64,000 nucleotides of DNA from assembly GCA_964016885.1 (NCBI GenBank), contig OZ024751.1, positions 40,238,001 through 40,302,000 of the forward strand, written 5' to 3'. This document shows, one piece after another, positions 13,515 to 26,332 of the stretch. A program made the position numbers and the translations under genes. Below the pieces are notes generated by a model. The model did no database searches and was not told where the DNA came from. It worked only from the letters and a program-made list of their open reading frames with translations. The DNA is from Eledone cirrhosa (Eukaryota). Each line of letters begins with the position of its first letter. Position 1 is the first letter of the stretch.

Positions 13515-13830
13515 GATGTTGAATTGACAAAATTGTTATAGCATCAGATAGGCTTTGCAGTATTCATTCTGGCTATTTGCCTTTCATTTCTCCTTCAGGG
13601 TCAGTAAATTAAATAGTACCAGTTCAATACTGGGGTTGGTTTCTCTTTGAAAGATATGGCCTATCAGACCTGTATAAAGGAGGGTGCTGAAAAGTTTCAA
13701 TGCTTATATGCAACAATGTTCATATGACCTCAACAGGAGTTTAGGGGCCAAGGAAAGAAGGAATATAATAAGATTTTTACAATTCAGGGGTTTGGGTTTT
13801 TATATTTTATTATTTAATTGTCAAAGACTT

Positions 13831-14058
13831 CATCATCATCATCATCGTTTAATGTCCATCTTCCACGCTAGCATGGGTTAGACGGGAGTTGTGCCACTTG
13901 AGTCAAGGTTGGTTGGGTGACTGTGTCTCGCTCGTATAGGACTATCTGGCAGGCTTTCTACGGCTGGATGCCCTTCCTAACACCAACCACATTTACAGTG
14001 TGGAACTGGGAACTTTTTACCGTGTTACCTACAAGGCCACATTACAGTGTGGACTGTG
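13831..14058 (-). mobile_element. RTE-LINE 3' tail
   Basis: Closely similar to 12670-12930; reverse complement of the 19440-19629 tail. Confidence 0.8.
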
Positions 14059-14099
14059 AGTATTATTATCATTATTATTATTTTGTTGTTTTTCATTAG

Positions 14100-14216
14100 A
14101 CAAAGTAAAGACGTTACAAGATGAAATTGACTCTGATAAAAACACTCGTCAACGAGATTCTTCTCATGTTAAGAGCTCACATGAATCTACGCACAGACCC
14201 ACAGCTAAAAACAAAA
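14100..14216 (+). CDS. SLMAP: SLMAP-like exon H (117 nt): NKVKTLQDEIDSDKNTRQRDSSHVKSSHESTHRPTAKNK
   Basis: ttttcattag acceptor, GTAATT donor at 14217, phase 1-1. Confidence 0.82.
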
Positions 14217-14410
14217 GTAATTATTACTTTTATTACTATTATTTATATGTATTTCATTTTTTCTCATCCTGAATATTAACTCTTAACATTCTGGGCCACA
14301 TGAATCTGCACTAGCAAGATATTCTTGTAATATATAAAAGAGCACAATGACTGTATCCCATTAACTATTGAAGTATTTACTCTAATGCTGTAGGTTTTCA
14401 CAAAGATTTG

Positions 14411-14880
14411 TCCACTAGTAAAGATACTATAAACATTTGAATTAACAAACCCATGTTTAGTCTCTGCTTTAGATTACTGTAGATTTTCACGTTCTGTCCA
14501 GTAGTAAAGATACTATAAACATTTGAATTAACAAACCCATTTTTAGTCTTTGCTTTAGATTACTGTAGATTTTCACGTTCTGTCCACTAGTAAAGATACT
14601 ATAAACATTTGAATTAACAAACCCATTTTTAGTCTTTGCTTTAGATTACTGTAGATTTTCACGTTCTGTCCACTAGTAAAGATACTATAAACATTGGAAT
14701 TAACAAACCCATGTTTAGTCTCTGCTTTAGATTACTGTAGATTTTCATGTTCTGTCCACTAGTAAAGATACTATAAACATTGGAATTAACAAACCCATGT
14801 TTAGTCTCTGCTTTAGATTACTGTAGATTTTCACGTTCTGTCCACTAGTAAAGATACTATAAACATTGGAATTAACAAAC
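14411..14880. repeat. 86-bp minisatellite, about 5.5 copies
   Basis: tccactagtaaagatactataaac recurs at 14411, 14497, 14583 and onward. Confidence 0.95.
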
Positions 14881-15057
14881 ACCAAGATATTCTTGAAAAG
14901 TATAAAACATCACTATGACTGCATTACATTAAAAAGTAAAGTCTTTATTTGAGTTTACTGCACATTTTCATAATCTGTCCTCTAATTAAAATACTATAAA
15001 CATTTGAATTCTTTGTTAAAAACAATTACTTTTAAAAAATGTTGCTTTTTTTACCAG

Positions 15058-15133
15058 GTGAATTGAACTCCCTAAAAGAGGAATGTACAAACCTTAGAAA
15101 ACGAATTCATGCTATTGAAACGGAGATGAAGTT
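15058..15133 (+). CDS. SLMAP: SLMAP-like exon I (76 nt, phase 1-2): SELNSLKEECTNLRKRIHAIETEMK
   Basis: tttttttaccag acceptor, GTAAGT donor at 15134. Confidence 0.9.
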
Positions 15134-15224
15134 GTAAGTAGTGATTGTAAAACAACCTTTTATTAATGTGTAGTTAATATTATCATGTACAGTTTGTTAA
15201 TTTTGGTTATGATAGGCCTAGGAA

Positions 15225-15550
15225 TGTTTTTAGATAAATATAAATACTTAGAAAGAAACAGTTTTTATCAGAGAACCAGAGATGGTATCAGGCTGTTTGA
15301 TGTCACATGGGTAAAAAAAGAAATATCATCCCAAAATTAAATTGTAGTAAAGTTAGGAACAATCAAAATGTTTAGCCAAATACTGGGACTTATTTGACTT
15401 TCCTTTTCATACCAATTGCTGTCAAGACTTCTGGTGTCTTTGGTCACCAAACTGATGTTTTCCTCCACAAAATTGGGTGGAATTCATCCCACCTGAGGAA
15501 GGAGTTCTGTGAGGTGGAGTGGCTGATGTAGTGGGTGTCGCTGGCTCTTC
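15225..15550. mobile_element. Dispersed repeat, second copy at 39290-39720
   Basis: Long near-identical blocks in the same orientation; its end motif matches the piggyBac-type MITE at 560-600. Confidence 0.8.
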
Positions 15551-15941
15551 TCTACGGCAGTACCTTTGCTATTATGTCCGTAGGGGCACAGCTGAGATAT
15601 ACCCCATAGAGTGGGGTGTAAGGGTTTGCCGCACCCTTTTCCTTACTTTCTCTATTTAACTTTTTTTGTTGTTGTTATATTTGAGAAGGATCATGTCCTA
15701 ATACTGCCAAAAATAATGATAAACCACACTCACTGTTTGGTTTAATTCTCACTTCAGTATATTTTTATAAATAATTTAGCTGGCAATCAATGTTTATCAT
15801 TTTTTTTTTATTGTAAACATTATATAGTTTAAATTGAATTTATTTAATAAATATTTCCTCTGATAGTGAAAGGTAATTGATAAAATAAAAATATTTAAAT
15901 GTTGATTTTTTTTTTTTTTTTTTTTTTTTTTTCCCCCCCAG

Positions 15942-16101
15942 ATCAAGGAAAGAAAATTTACAACTGTCATCTGATTACAACAAACTGCAAGATTCCCACC
16001 GAGAACTTGAAGCTTTGAAGGTCAAACTGGAACACAAAGCAATTCTTTGGAAATCTAATATGACAGATGCCCAAAAAGAGGCTGAACAGGCTAAACAGGA
16101 G
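15942..16101 (+). CDS. SLMAP: SLMAP-like exon J (160 nt, phase 2-0): LSRKENLQLSSDYNKLQDSHRELEALK...AQKEAEQAKQE
   Basis: Poly-T/C tract plus cag, GTGAGC donor at 16102; resembles, from memory, the vertebrate SLMAP segment SQKQSLELTSDLSILQMSRKELE. Confidence 0.9.
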
Positions 16102-16527
16102 GTGAGCGTGGATCCAACAATGACCGGTCTTTCTCCTATTCCTCCTACTACTACTACTACCATCACTACAACTACTATTTCGTCTCCTAGCTGCTCTGCT
16201 TATTCTACTACTACTACTACTACTACCACCACAACTACTGCTACTACTACTGCTGCTGCTGCTGTTGTCACTGCTATTTCAAGAAAACTTGACCAGCAGT
16301 GTATTGTCCACTCTTCAGACAAGTTAAGCAGTGACCAATCACCAGCTCAGGTACCACATCTACACTCCACACTGCATGAACTCCACCTTGGTTCCTCTTA
16401 CTACCACCCTATACTACTACTACTACTACAACAACTACTACTATTGCTACTCCTCACTACACTCTCACCTGCTTCTATTTTATCATCATCATCAACATCA
16501 TTTAACAACCTCTCTCTGATATTCTGC

Positions 16528-16571
<44 letters not shown>

Positions 16572-16734
16572 GCTTTCAAAACATTTTTGTTTTGTTTTTG
16601 CTTCCAGTCATCATCATCATCATCATTAAGACATACAAACTATATAATGAAACATTGAGACTAAACAGGCTCAATGGCTGTGAGGTTAAGGTACTGGACT
16701 ACTGAACAGATTGAACACGAGTTCAAACCTTGAT

Positions 16735-17080
16735 TGTGTCACAGCTAAATAATTCACCTGTCACAGACCTCTAGTTAAATGTCACAGCTTGATAATTCAT
16801 CTGTGACAGGTAGATAATTCACCTGTGACTTCAAGCTAATTGTGTCACAGCTAGATAATTCGCCTGTGGCAGACCTCTAGCTAAATGTGTCACAGCTAGA
16901 TAATTCACCTGTAACAGACTTTGAGCTGATTGTGACACAGCTAGATAATTTACCTGTGACACAGCTAGATAATTCACCTGTGACACAACTGGATAATTTC
17001 CCTGTGACACAGCTAGATAATTCACCTGTGACACAGCTAGTTAATTTATCTATGACACAGCTAGATAATTTATCTATCAC
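16735..17080. repeat. 24-bp minisatellite TGTGACACAGCTAGATAATTCACC
   Basis: Direct tandem copies, degenerate at the 5' side. Confidence 0.92.
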
Positions 17081-17627
17081 TTTAAAAAATTTTTTTTCTA
17101 ATTTTCAGGTATTTTATACCTTGGACTACATTATCCCAATGTGTTCTTTTATTAAATTAAAGCATTTGAGGGAGACTTGATTTGCTATGTCTAGCAGATC
17201 AACTGACCATGTTGAGATGTGTGATTGCTGGTACCACACACACCCTCCACACACCCCTACAGATACACACACACAATCACCTCATACACATTAATGATAC
17301 AGTGATTTCTGAGCAGCATTAGAAATAATATATATATATTGATAAAACAACAGTAAGGTGTGTAGATATTTTAAGCTTAGATGTGGTTTATTCTATATCC
17401 AGATTAGCAAAATGTATTTCAGAGGTAAATCCAGTTGGTATACTTTCGGTCTTTCTTAGAATTATAATTAGAGAGCATAAATTAACAAAGAAAATAGGTC
17501 ACCAAGGTTCAACAGTTAGTACATTATTTATTTCATCTACAAATGTTTCATTCTATTAAGATGTTCTTTACAATTCTCTTATAGAGAGAGCATCAGGATC
17601 AATTATATATTCACCATATTAAAGTGT

Positions 17628-17835
17628 TTAACCCTTTAGCATTCACATTACTCTATATATACTATTATATTTTCATGGTAAATGCTTTACCTCACATAAT
17701 TATCTCACATAATATCGAATCTATGAGATTTTGAAAGTATTTATTTTAAGAACAATACCGTAACATCAGTTTGAGTGACCAGTTTCAACAGAAAGAGGTA
17801 GAGAATTCTGGCCGGTTTGAACATTAAAGGGTTAA
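17628..17835. mobile_element. piggyBac-type MITE (TTAA target, CCCTTTA termini)
   Basis: TTAA-CCCTTTAGC ... ATTAAAGGG-TTAA; near-identical to 47515-47742; another copy at 24583-24798. Confidence 0.88.
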
Positions 17836-17917
17836 TTACCGACCAATGTATGTACATACCAGTATGGTTGCAGCTGCAAACTCATAAGAGTATTATAAAG
17901 AATATCTTTAGTATATA

Positions 17918-17956
<39 letters not shown>

Positions 17957-18014
17957 ATATATACTTAAATAAGAACTATTGTAGATTTATTTATATATTG
18001 AACCCATGATGATG

Positions 18015-18078
<64 letters not shown>

Positions 18079-18238
18079 TATACACACACACACGGAGTGT
18101 AAGTCAACAGGTTAAAATTAGCTTTGTTTATTTATAGTCACTGTTATATATATTTCGGTGATAACCATTATGCAACAACTATGACCTCATCAGAAAGAAT
18201 TTGAACAAAAGAAACAGAAAAAACATAATGACAAATAC

Positions 18239-19629
18239 ACAAGCCATGTATAGGGGAGCAGTCAGCAAAGTTAGGATTAGCAATGAGTATAGCGAGGAAT
18301 TTAGCGTACAGGTTGGGGTCCACCAGGGCTATGTTCTTAGCCCCCTCCTGTTCATCATAGTCCTGCAGGCAATAACAGAGGAGTTTAAGACCGGATGCCC
18401 ATGGGAACTCCTGTATGCTGATGACCTCGCACTTATAGCTGAATCTATGGTAGAACTACAGAAGAAATTCCAAACTTGGAAGCAGGGACTAGAAAGAAAG
18501 GGTCTCAAAGTCAACATGACAAAGACTAAGGTCCTTGTAAGTAGACGAGAAAACAGAACCCAGATCCCCTCAGGGAAATGGCCTTGCTCAGTATGTAGGA
18601 AAGGTGTAGGTAGGAACTCCATTCTCTGCCCCAAATGCAAACAATGGGTACACAAGAGATGTAGCGGGATCTCAGGAAGCTTAATTAAGAATGTAGGCTT
18701 CACATGCAGCAGCTGTGCTGGGACAGCAAGCAGCAAACAGCCACAGGAAACAAGTACCACCAATCTCTGGGAGGGCTCTGTAGAAACAGTAGACAGCTTT
18801 TGCTACCTAGGTGACCAAATTAGCAGCGGAGGTGGGTGTTCAGAAAGTACAATAACTAGGGTAAGAACGGGATGGAAGAAGTTTAGGGAACTACTACCAC
18901 TGCTAGCTGCAAAAGACTTCTCCCTCAAAATGAAAGGCAGTCTGTATGATGCGTGTATCCGAACAGCGATGTTGCATGGTAGTGAGACCTGGGCGCTGAA
19001 GGTGGAAGACTTACGTAGATTAGAGAGAAACGAAGCCTGCATGCTCCGATGGATGTGTAACAGTAATATACGCGAACGACAAAGCATAAATGAATTTAGA
19101 GAGAGACTGAGCATAAGAGGAATCAAATGCTGTGTGCAGGAGAGGCGGTTGCGCTGGTATGGACATGTGATGTGTATGAAGGATGACAGCTGCATAAAAA
19201 GGTGCAGAGCACTAGAAGTCGATGGAAACCGCGGAGTGGGGAGACCCAAGATGACCTGGGATGAGGTGATAAAAGCCGACCTTACCCAATTACACCTCTC
19301 AAAGGCGATGACACACGACCGTGACCTCTGGCGTCATGCAGTAATACAGAGTACCCAACCTCCCATGGGTACAAGCTGAAGCATATAGACAATATGCCCC
19401 CACAGCCCCCCACTGCAAGGTGGTCGTGGAGGTGCCACAAAAAAGCACCCGGCACTCACTGTAAATGAGGTTGGTGTTAGGAAGGGCATCCAGCTGTAGA
19501 AATCAAGCCAAATCAGTTCCTGTATGAGCAAGGCATGGTCAGCCGACCAGACACTGCCCACATAAAGGACAACTCGTCTAACCCATGCTAGCGTGGAAGA
19601 ACGGACGTAAAACGGTGATGATGATGATG
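18239..19629 (+). mobile_element. 5'-truncated RTE-clade LINE: RT C-terminal half, Cys-rich insert, 3'UTR and (GAT)n tail
   Basis: ORF 18201..19379 has GVHQG..LSPLLF, LLYADD, FCYLG, GSETW and RRLRWYGHV, all RTE RT motifs, plus CxxC...CxxC..WVHxxC...CxxC. Confidence 0.95.
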
Positions 19630-20074
19630 GAATAAAGCTTACTTGTGTTATTTTGACTCTTTCATATGCTCCGTGCTGAATTTTGGTGTTGTTTTCTCAA
19701 GGCACCGGTAGCATAATATATAATTACCTGTTTGTTTGATTATCTATCTGTCCATTATGTTCTGTAAAGCTTTTGAATTTTTTTTTTTTTTTTTTTTTTT
19801 TTTGGCTGCGTGTGGTCCTTTTAAAAATCAAAGTGCAGCTAATGCAATGCATGTGCATTATCGTTACTGCAGCACAATTTACTCGCTTATTGAATATTGT
19901 CCATACATATCTTCTATGATTGACATCATCAGTTCTTAACGATAATTTGCTTTCCCTCCTCTTAACCTCACTGCCATGTGTTGGCATTTATTTAGGGCTG
20001 ATATGCAAAAACTAAAAAAAAGAAAAGTTATTTCCCTTACTGGGTGTCGCATACATACATATATATATACATGG

Positions 20075-20676
20075 TGGCTGCCAACTCGTTTTCGAGTACG
20101 GCCACTACTTTATATCCATGTAGGACAACCCCTACCGAATCGCTGAACGAGTGTGACTTTTTAGTCCAGCCAGCGACTTGAAAACTCTGGTACAAACACT
20201 ACACTTGTGACAATTATTGACACATAGTGCTGGGCCCATGGCACCATGTGACGACAAGTGCAAAGAGATCTCCAGATATAAAGCAATGCCTGTGCCGTGA
20301 AGCTTTTATAGTGAGCAAAGGCACTGCACAAAGCCAGTCCCACTCTCTTAACCAAGATGATATTTACCAAAAAGAAGATCACGTCAACATCATTGGATAC
20401 CATCAGGGTTGCAGGTGTTATATCAGTTTTCCTTCTCCTAGAATTCTGCCTTGACAAAGGCTAACGGGTCACCTCTCCCGGTGATTTTGGATGGCCATTG
20501 ACTCTTAAGAGCTCCTTTGCCCTTTGACAGGTTTTGTTTTTAGTCCTGCAGGATGTCCAAAGTCACCCTCCTCACCAAGAAACCTTGGTGGGGTTGCCAG
20601 TTTAGTCGCCAACGACCCGACCATGAGACGGGTTGTACTGGGATACATGTTAGCAGTAGTACCAACTGGTGACCTG
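20075..20676. mobile_element. Unclassified GC-richer interspersed element between TA/TACA tracts, possibly a LINE 5' leader on the minus strand
   Basis: Sharp compositional borders, microsatellite flanks and local hairpins. Confidence 0.4.
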
Positions 20677-21918
20677 ATATATATACATACATGTGGCAAT
20701 AATGTATAAATCTCCCTCAAATCACATCCCACTATTGTAAAAGAGGAGAAAGACACATTAACTAATGTAATATTAGGTAAATCCCCAACGCATACTCAGA
20801 ACCACACACAACGACACACACACACACACTCTCTCTCTCTCTCTCTCACTCTCTCACACACACACACATACACATTCCCCCACACATACATACAAAGAAA
20901 AAGACAGGTTGTTCAAAATTGAGACACAGATTCATCATGGCCGAGATGTGGCTAGACAACAACAATAATAACCAAGATATTCTATATTATAATATGCTGG
21001 TGTTTGGTGTATTCTAAATATATTAGCAATACTGTAAAGATTGGCCAGGTTTGTTTTGTTGTATTTTCTTTGCTAAAATGATTGCCAGAGCAGGAACTCT
21101 AACTAGCTCTTAACCCAATAGATGTTTTTCTGGAAGCTCACTCTGCAATGTCCTTAATCAAATTGGGCTTTACAGGGGTTGATCTGTGACCAGTTGCTTG
21201 TGGGACATAATTCAAGGCCTGATCAACCCTTGCTGGGTTGCCTGAGTCACCTGCACAAGGATATCTGATGATAGAAGACCTAAAACCCTTTATGACTCTA
21301 GGTCACATCACTGTTGATATGTTTCAGCTCATCCATGAGATTATCTTGTACATTAGATAAAAATATAAACTTATGTAATGCATTTATATATTTTTATTTT
21401 GTTGTTTTGGTTTTGGTTTTGGCCTAACCCTTTTGTAACCATAATTCTAATGAAACACACTGTATGTATTTTAATTAATTTTGAAAATAATCTAGAATTT
21501 AGAGAGGTATATTTAGTAAAATATATTTTTCATTATTAACTTATGATTTAGCAGAAAATATATAAAAATGTGTTTGTTAATTCAAATGTTAATATCTTTA
21601 CTATTTGAGAGATTGTGAAAATTTGCTGTTTTTAGAGTAAGGACTTCAATATCTAGTGTTAGTCATAGTGCTGTTTGATACTTTTGAAGAATGTCTTAAT
21701 AAGATTTTATTTGGTTCTAGATGTTTGTAATATAACTTCAAAAGTTTATGATGGAATGTTTTTAATTTAGATATGAAGATTATAGAATTAGAAACTTTCT
21801 GTTATAGATTCTTGGGTTATCTCAGGCAAGCTGAAAGAACCATTTTAACTTCTAAAAACTCCCCCAAAACTTCTCATTTATTTTGTGTTACCATGTGTAT
21901 ATATGTTGTTCTGTACAG

Positions 21919-22053
21919 ACGGGGCAGACCAAAGATTTAGTGAGTGACCTTACTGTGAAGTGTGATAAATACACCGATGAAGTTCGCAGTCTTCGTGAAG
22001 AACTAAGCAGTATGCTGGAAGACTACCATTATCTCAGGGACAAAAGTAAATTG
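21919..22053 (+). CDS. SLMAP: SLMAP-like exon K (135 nt, phase 0-0): TGQTKDLVSDLTVKCDKYTDEVRSLREELSSMLEDYHYLRDKSKL
   Basis: ttctgtacag acceptor, GTAAGT donor at 22054; heptad pattern; resembles the SLMAP pre-TM coiled coil. Confidence 0.9.
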
Positions 22054-22859
22054 GTAAGTCTTATTTCTTTTCTTCATCATCATCATCATCAGCAGCATCA
22101 TTACAGTGTATCCCATTTCCAATAAAGCAATCTCTCTGACCCTCACTACTGACTTAATTGTTTCCACCATTCCACAGGTGATGGGTGTAGTCGTTAACAG
22201 CCACCTTCTACTACAAACTGATCCTTTGTCTTGCCCTAAAACTATCATAGAGATGTCTTTACATTGGACTTTCTCCCTTTTGTCAACCTCCAGTGATCCT
22301 TTAGAATTTTGACAGGCAGTCTCCCTACCCAGAAAATATTCATCATCACACATCTGCTTTGCATGGGTTGGACAGGTCATCAAAGTGAAAGATTTATTAT
22401 TTTTGCTGTTTAGAAGGCCTCTAAGATTGTGAGGGAGGACAGTCTCATCACACCAGAGACCTGGTCCAAGCAGTTGGAACAGAATGAACGCCACTAAAGG
22501 GACCCAAAGGCCAGGTGGTGGTCTTAAACTGGACAATGGATTAAGGCAGGACCTACGATCCTCTTTAGCACCTCTCACAAAAAATCTGTTGCACTTCCAA
22601 CATTAAAAAAAAACACGTTTCAAGCTGGAGACTTTGTCCAAATGCTTTCAACAGAGTGAACTCTGCCTAAGCCATCCACAGGTCAGATGGTGGTGTTAAA
22701 CTGTGTAAGGAGTTAAGTCTACAACCACCCAAATTACTAGTTGACACTAGATTTCATTGACATTTAAATAAGAATAATCTTTTACTCTTTTACCTGTTCC
22801 AGCCATCCGGCTGTGGCCATGCTCGGTTATTTTTAATTCTTTTTTTTTCTCTTTTGCAG

Positions 22860-22991
22860 CTGTCATTCATCTCCAGCATTCCTCTGTTGATTCTGTTATT
22901 TGCAATCTTGTTAGCCTTTTACCCAACGTTAGAAGAGATCACAGCAACCTCATCAGAATTAAACTGGTTAGATCCAGACACAGCTGCCTGA
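22860..22991 (+). CDS. SLMAP: SLMAP-like terminal coding exon with tail-anchor TM: LSFISSIPLLILLFAILLAFYPTLEEITATSSELNWLDPDTAA*
   Basis: Strong pyrimidine tract plus cag; phase 0; ~20-aa hydrophobic helix; TGA directly followed by TAA. Coiled coil plus C-terminal TM is the SLMAP architecture; the FHA domain would be upstream of the window. Confidence 0.85.
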   Translation: MSFISSIPLLILLFAILLAFYPTLEEITATSSELNWLDPDTAA

Positions 22992-23929
22992 TAATCAGAA
23001 TTCTCCTGGGAATTGAGAAATATATGCAAGCTAAAACATCTAGAGCACTTCGAACTAGATTTTTTTGTTCCTCCCCGGTGGACATAAGAAAGAACGAAAG
23101 ACAGAACAAATGAAAGGAAGAAAAACAAAGAATGAAACCAAGCAAAAACAATGTTAATTGGGTGTTAATAGTTCATTGATGTTTTTTTTCTCCTTCAATT
23201 TTATTTCAAACTACTAGTGACTACTGTAATGTACTATGATGACTTGTAAACTATTAAACCACATTGAGAATGGCCTTAACACAGCTAGACAGTGAGAGAG
23301 AGAGATAGAGACAGAGAAAGGGGAGCTTTATTACCAAGCTCTATATCTCTCTCTCCCCATATTCTCTTCTCTCTCTCTCTTCTCCTATACATAAACGTTC
23401 AAATAAACCAGAAACTATTTCAATTGTAATAAAACCCAAGTACCTTTTGAAATCAAACCTACTGTGTGTATGTGTGTGTGTATGTTGGATAGTATATGTG
23501 TAAGTGTGTGGTCTACTCAGTGAACTGTTTGTGATTCTCACTCAACCCTCTCACACTCATTGACTTTTATACTCTCTCTCTCTCTCTCTCACTGACTTAC
23601 TCTCATTCATACACACACACACACACACTCTCTCGTTTTCCACCTAATCTGAAATCGACCTCATATTTAACCTGCTTCTCTCTATCCTTGTTAGTAGATT
23701 TTAAGCTTAACTTTTATTTATGCTCCATATCTATTCATATTCACACACATATATGGATGTATATATATGTATATATATATATATATATAATATATATATA
23801 TGTGTATATACACATACATACATGCGCACATAGCTAAGCATTTATGCAGTAAAAGATGTGTGAGGACACAATAACGATAATGTATTTTATAAGGAAGGGC
23901 AACAGCTTTACCTACATGTGTTTATATAT

Positions 23930-23979
<50 letters not shown>

Positions 23980-24582
23980 TCTCTGTGAATATATACATGG
24001 AAACAGTCAACATTAACAGAATGACAACTCAATGAGCAGTGTATAGGTTTTATATTTTTTGTTAAAAGAAAAGGTAGCAGTGACTGCAAAGTTTCGGCTG
24101 TACTGAGCTTCTTCAGGCTCATTATAGCATATGACTCATTATTGTAAATTGAATAAACTTTCTAATTGCCCTATATAACTAATTAAAGTTGTGATGAGTT
24201 TATACCTGCAGTTACACCAAAAATCTCTAGTTTTGTCCCCTAGTGGCCATGCAAACACATAATATATTTCATCAGAGCATAAGACATCTGGTCTTCAAAC
24301 CTTGAACTCTTCAGACTCACACATATATATATACATTATATACCTATCTATATATATGCGCACACAAATATACTCACGTATATATACATACACAGACAGA
24401 GAGAGTGAAAGATTTTGTCAACTTCAAACCAAAATGATACAAAACAAAAGTTAGCTGTCTGTCCTCCTCCTTGGTTGAATTATTTTACATGATTTACTAA
24501 AATGGGGACCATTTACTACGTTAACATAACATCGACATAACATTAACATAGCATTAACATTAACTTAACATTAACTTAACAT

Positions 24583-24798
24583 TAACCCTTTAACATTTAT
24601 ATTACTCTCTATATATTACTGCATTTTTGTGGTAAAGGCTTTATCTCACATAATATCAAATCTACGAGATTTTGATGTTATTTATTTTGAGAACAATACC
24701 TTAACATCAGCATGAGCGGCCAGTTACGGCCAGTTTGAACAGAAAGAGATGAGAGAATTCTGGCTGGACAACAGCCAGCTTAAATGCTAAAGGGTTAA
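24583..24798. mobile_element. piggyBac-type MITE
   Basis: ttaaccctttaac ... gctaaagggttaa. Confidence 0.85.
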
Positions 24799-25117
24799 CA
24801 TGACATTAATATAACATTAATAGTGTTTTAACATACATTTCAACATTGTTTCACATCGTTTTGATGTTATTGTCCACCTTGGGAACATCTACAATCTATG
24901 ACACATGCACTAGGATCCTTTGGCTTTAGCCTCTTTGTCGGGGTTTTGGCCCCACTTTCCTTGTTGTATCTTCGACCCCAGCTCTCTGATTTGTACCCCC
25001 AAAGCCATGTGAGATACATTCATCTATCTACCTGTTTCTGTCAGGTGCTAACATTTTTCTTCATCACTTTAATAATATATCTGTGTATAGTTTACATAGC
25101 TCTACCCCCTCTCTCTC

Positions 25118-25138
25118 ATATATATATATATATATCTG

Positions 25139-25169
<31 letters not shown>

Positions 25170-25379
25170 GTATATATATATGTGTATATGTGTATATATA
25201 TATATATGTTTGTGTATATTGGTGAATTTGTATATATGTATATGCACCTCTGTGTGTGAATAAGGTGAATCTGAGTGTGTATATATTATATGTATATATA
25301 TATGTATATGTATGTATATATGTACATATATGTATATATATATGTACATGTATGTATATGTATATATATGTATGTATAT

Positions 25380-25434
<55 letters not shown>

Positions 25435-25932
25435 TATGTATGTATATATATATATGTATATATATATACATATGTATATATTTGTATGTATATATATATA
25501 TGTATATATATATACATATGTATATATGTATATGTATGTATATATGTATATATATGTATATGTATGTATATATGTATATATATGTATATATATGTATGTA
25601 TATATATATATGTATATATGTATGTATATATATATATGTATATATATGTATATATATGTATGTATATATATATATGTATATATATATATACATATATATA
25701 TATGTATATATATATATACATATATATATATGTATATATATGTATATATTTGTATATATATGTATATATATGTATATATTTGTATGTATATGTATGTATA
25801 TGTATATATATATATGTATGTATATATATATATGTATATATATATATACATATATATATATGTATATATATGTATATATTTGTATATATATGTATATATA
25901 TGTATATATTTGTATGTATATGTATGTATATG

Positions 25933-25963
<31 letters not shown>

Positions 25964-26195
25964 GTACATATATATATATAAGTATATATATATATATATG
26001 TATATATATATGTATGTATATATATATGTATGTATATGTATATATATATGTATATATATGTATATATATATGTATATGTATGTATGTATATATATATATG
26101 TGTATGTATATATATATGTATATGTATGTATATATATATGTATGTATGAATATATATGTATGTATGTATGTATGTATATATATATGTATGTATGA

Positions 26196-26227
<32 letters not shown>

Positions 26228-26332
26228 ATATGTATGTATGTATATACATATGTATGTATATATATATATATGTATGTATGTATGTATATGTATGTATGTA
26301 TATATATATATATATATATGTATGTATATATA
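25118..26332. repeat. Long compound (TA)n/(TATG)n microsatellite
   Basis: Seen directly; source of the YI/YM-rich spurious ORFs. Confidence 0.97.

Noticed and set aside
16102-16629. Extension of ORF 16015..16629 with Thr-rich and Leu-rich segments
   Set aside because: Read-through past the GTGAGC donor into intronic microsatellites; the spliced frame continues at 21919
18329-19249. Minus-strand ORFs of 144 and 148 aa
   Set aside because: Antisense shadows of the RTE ORF
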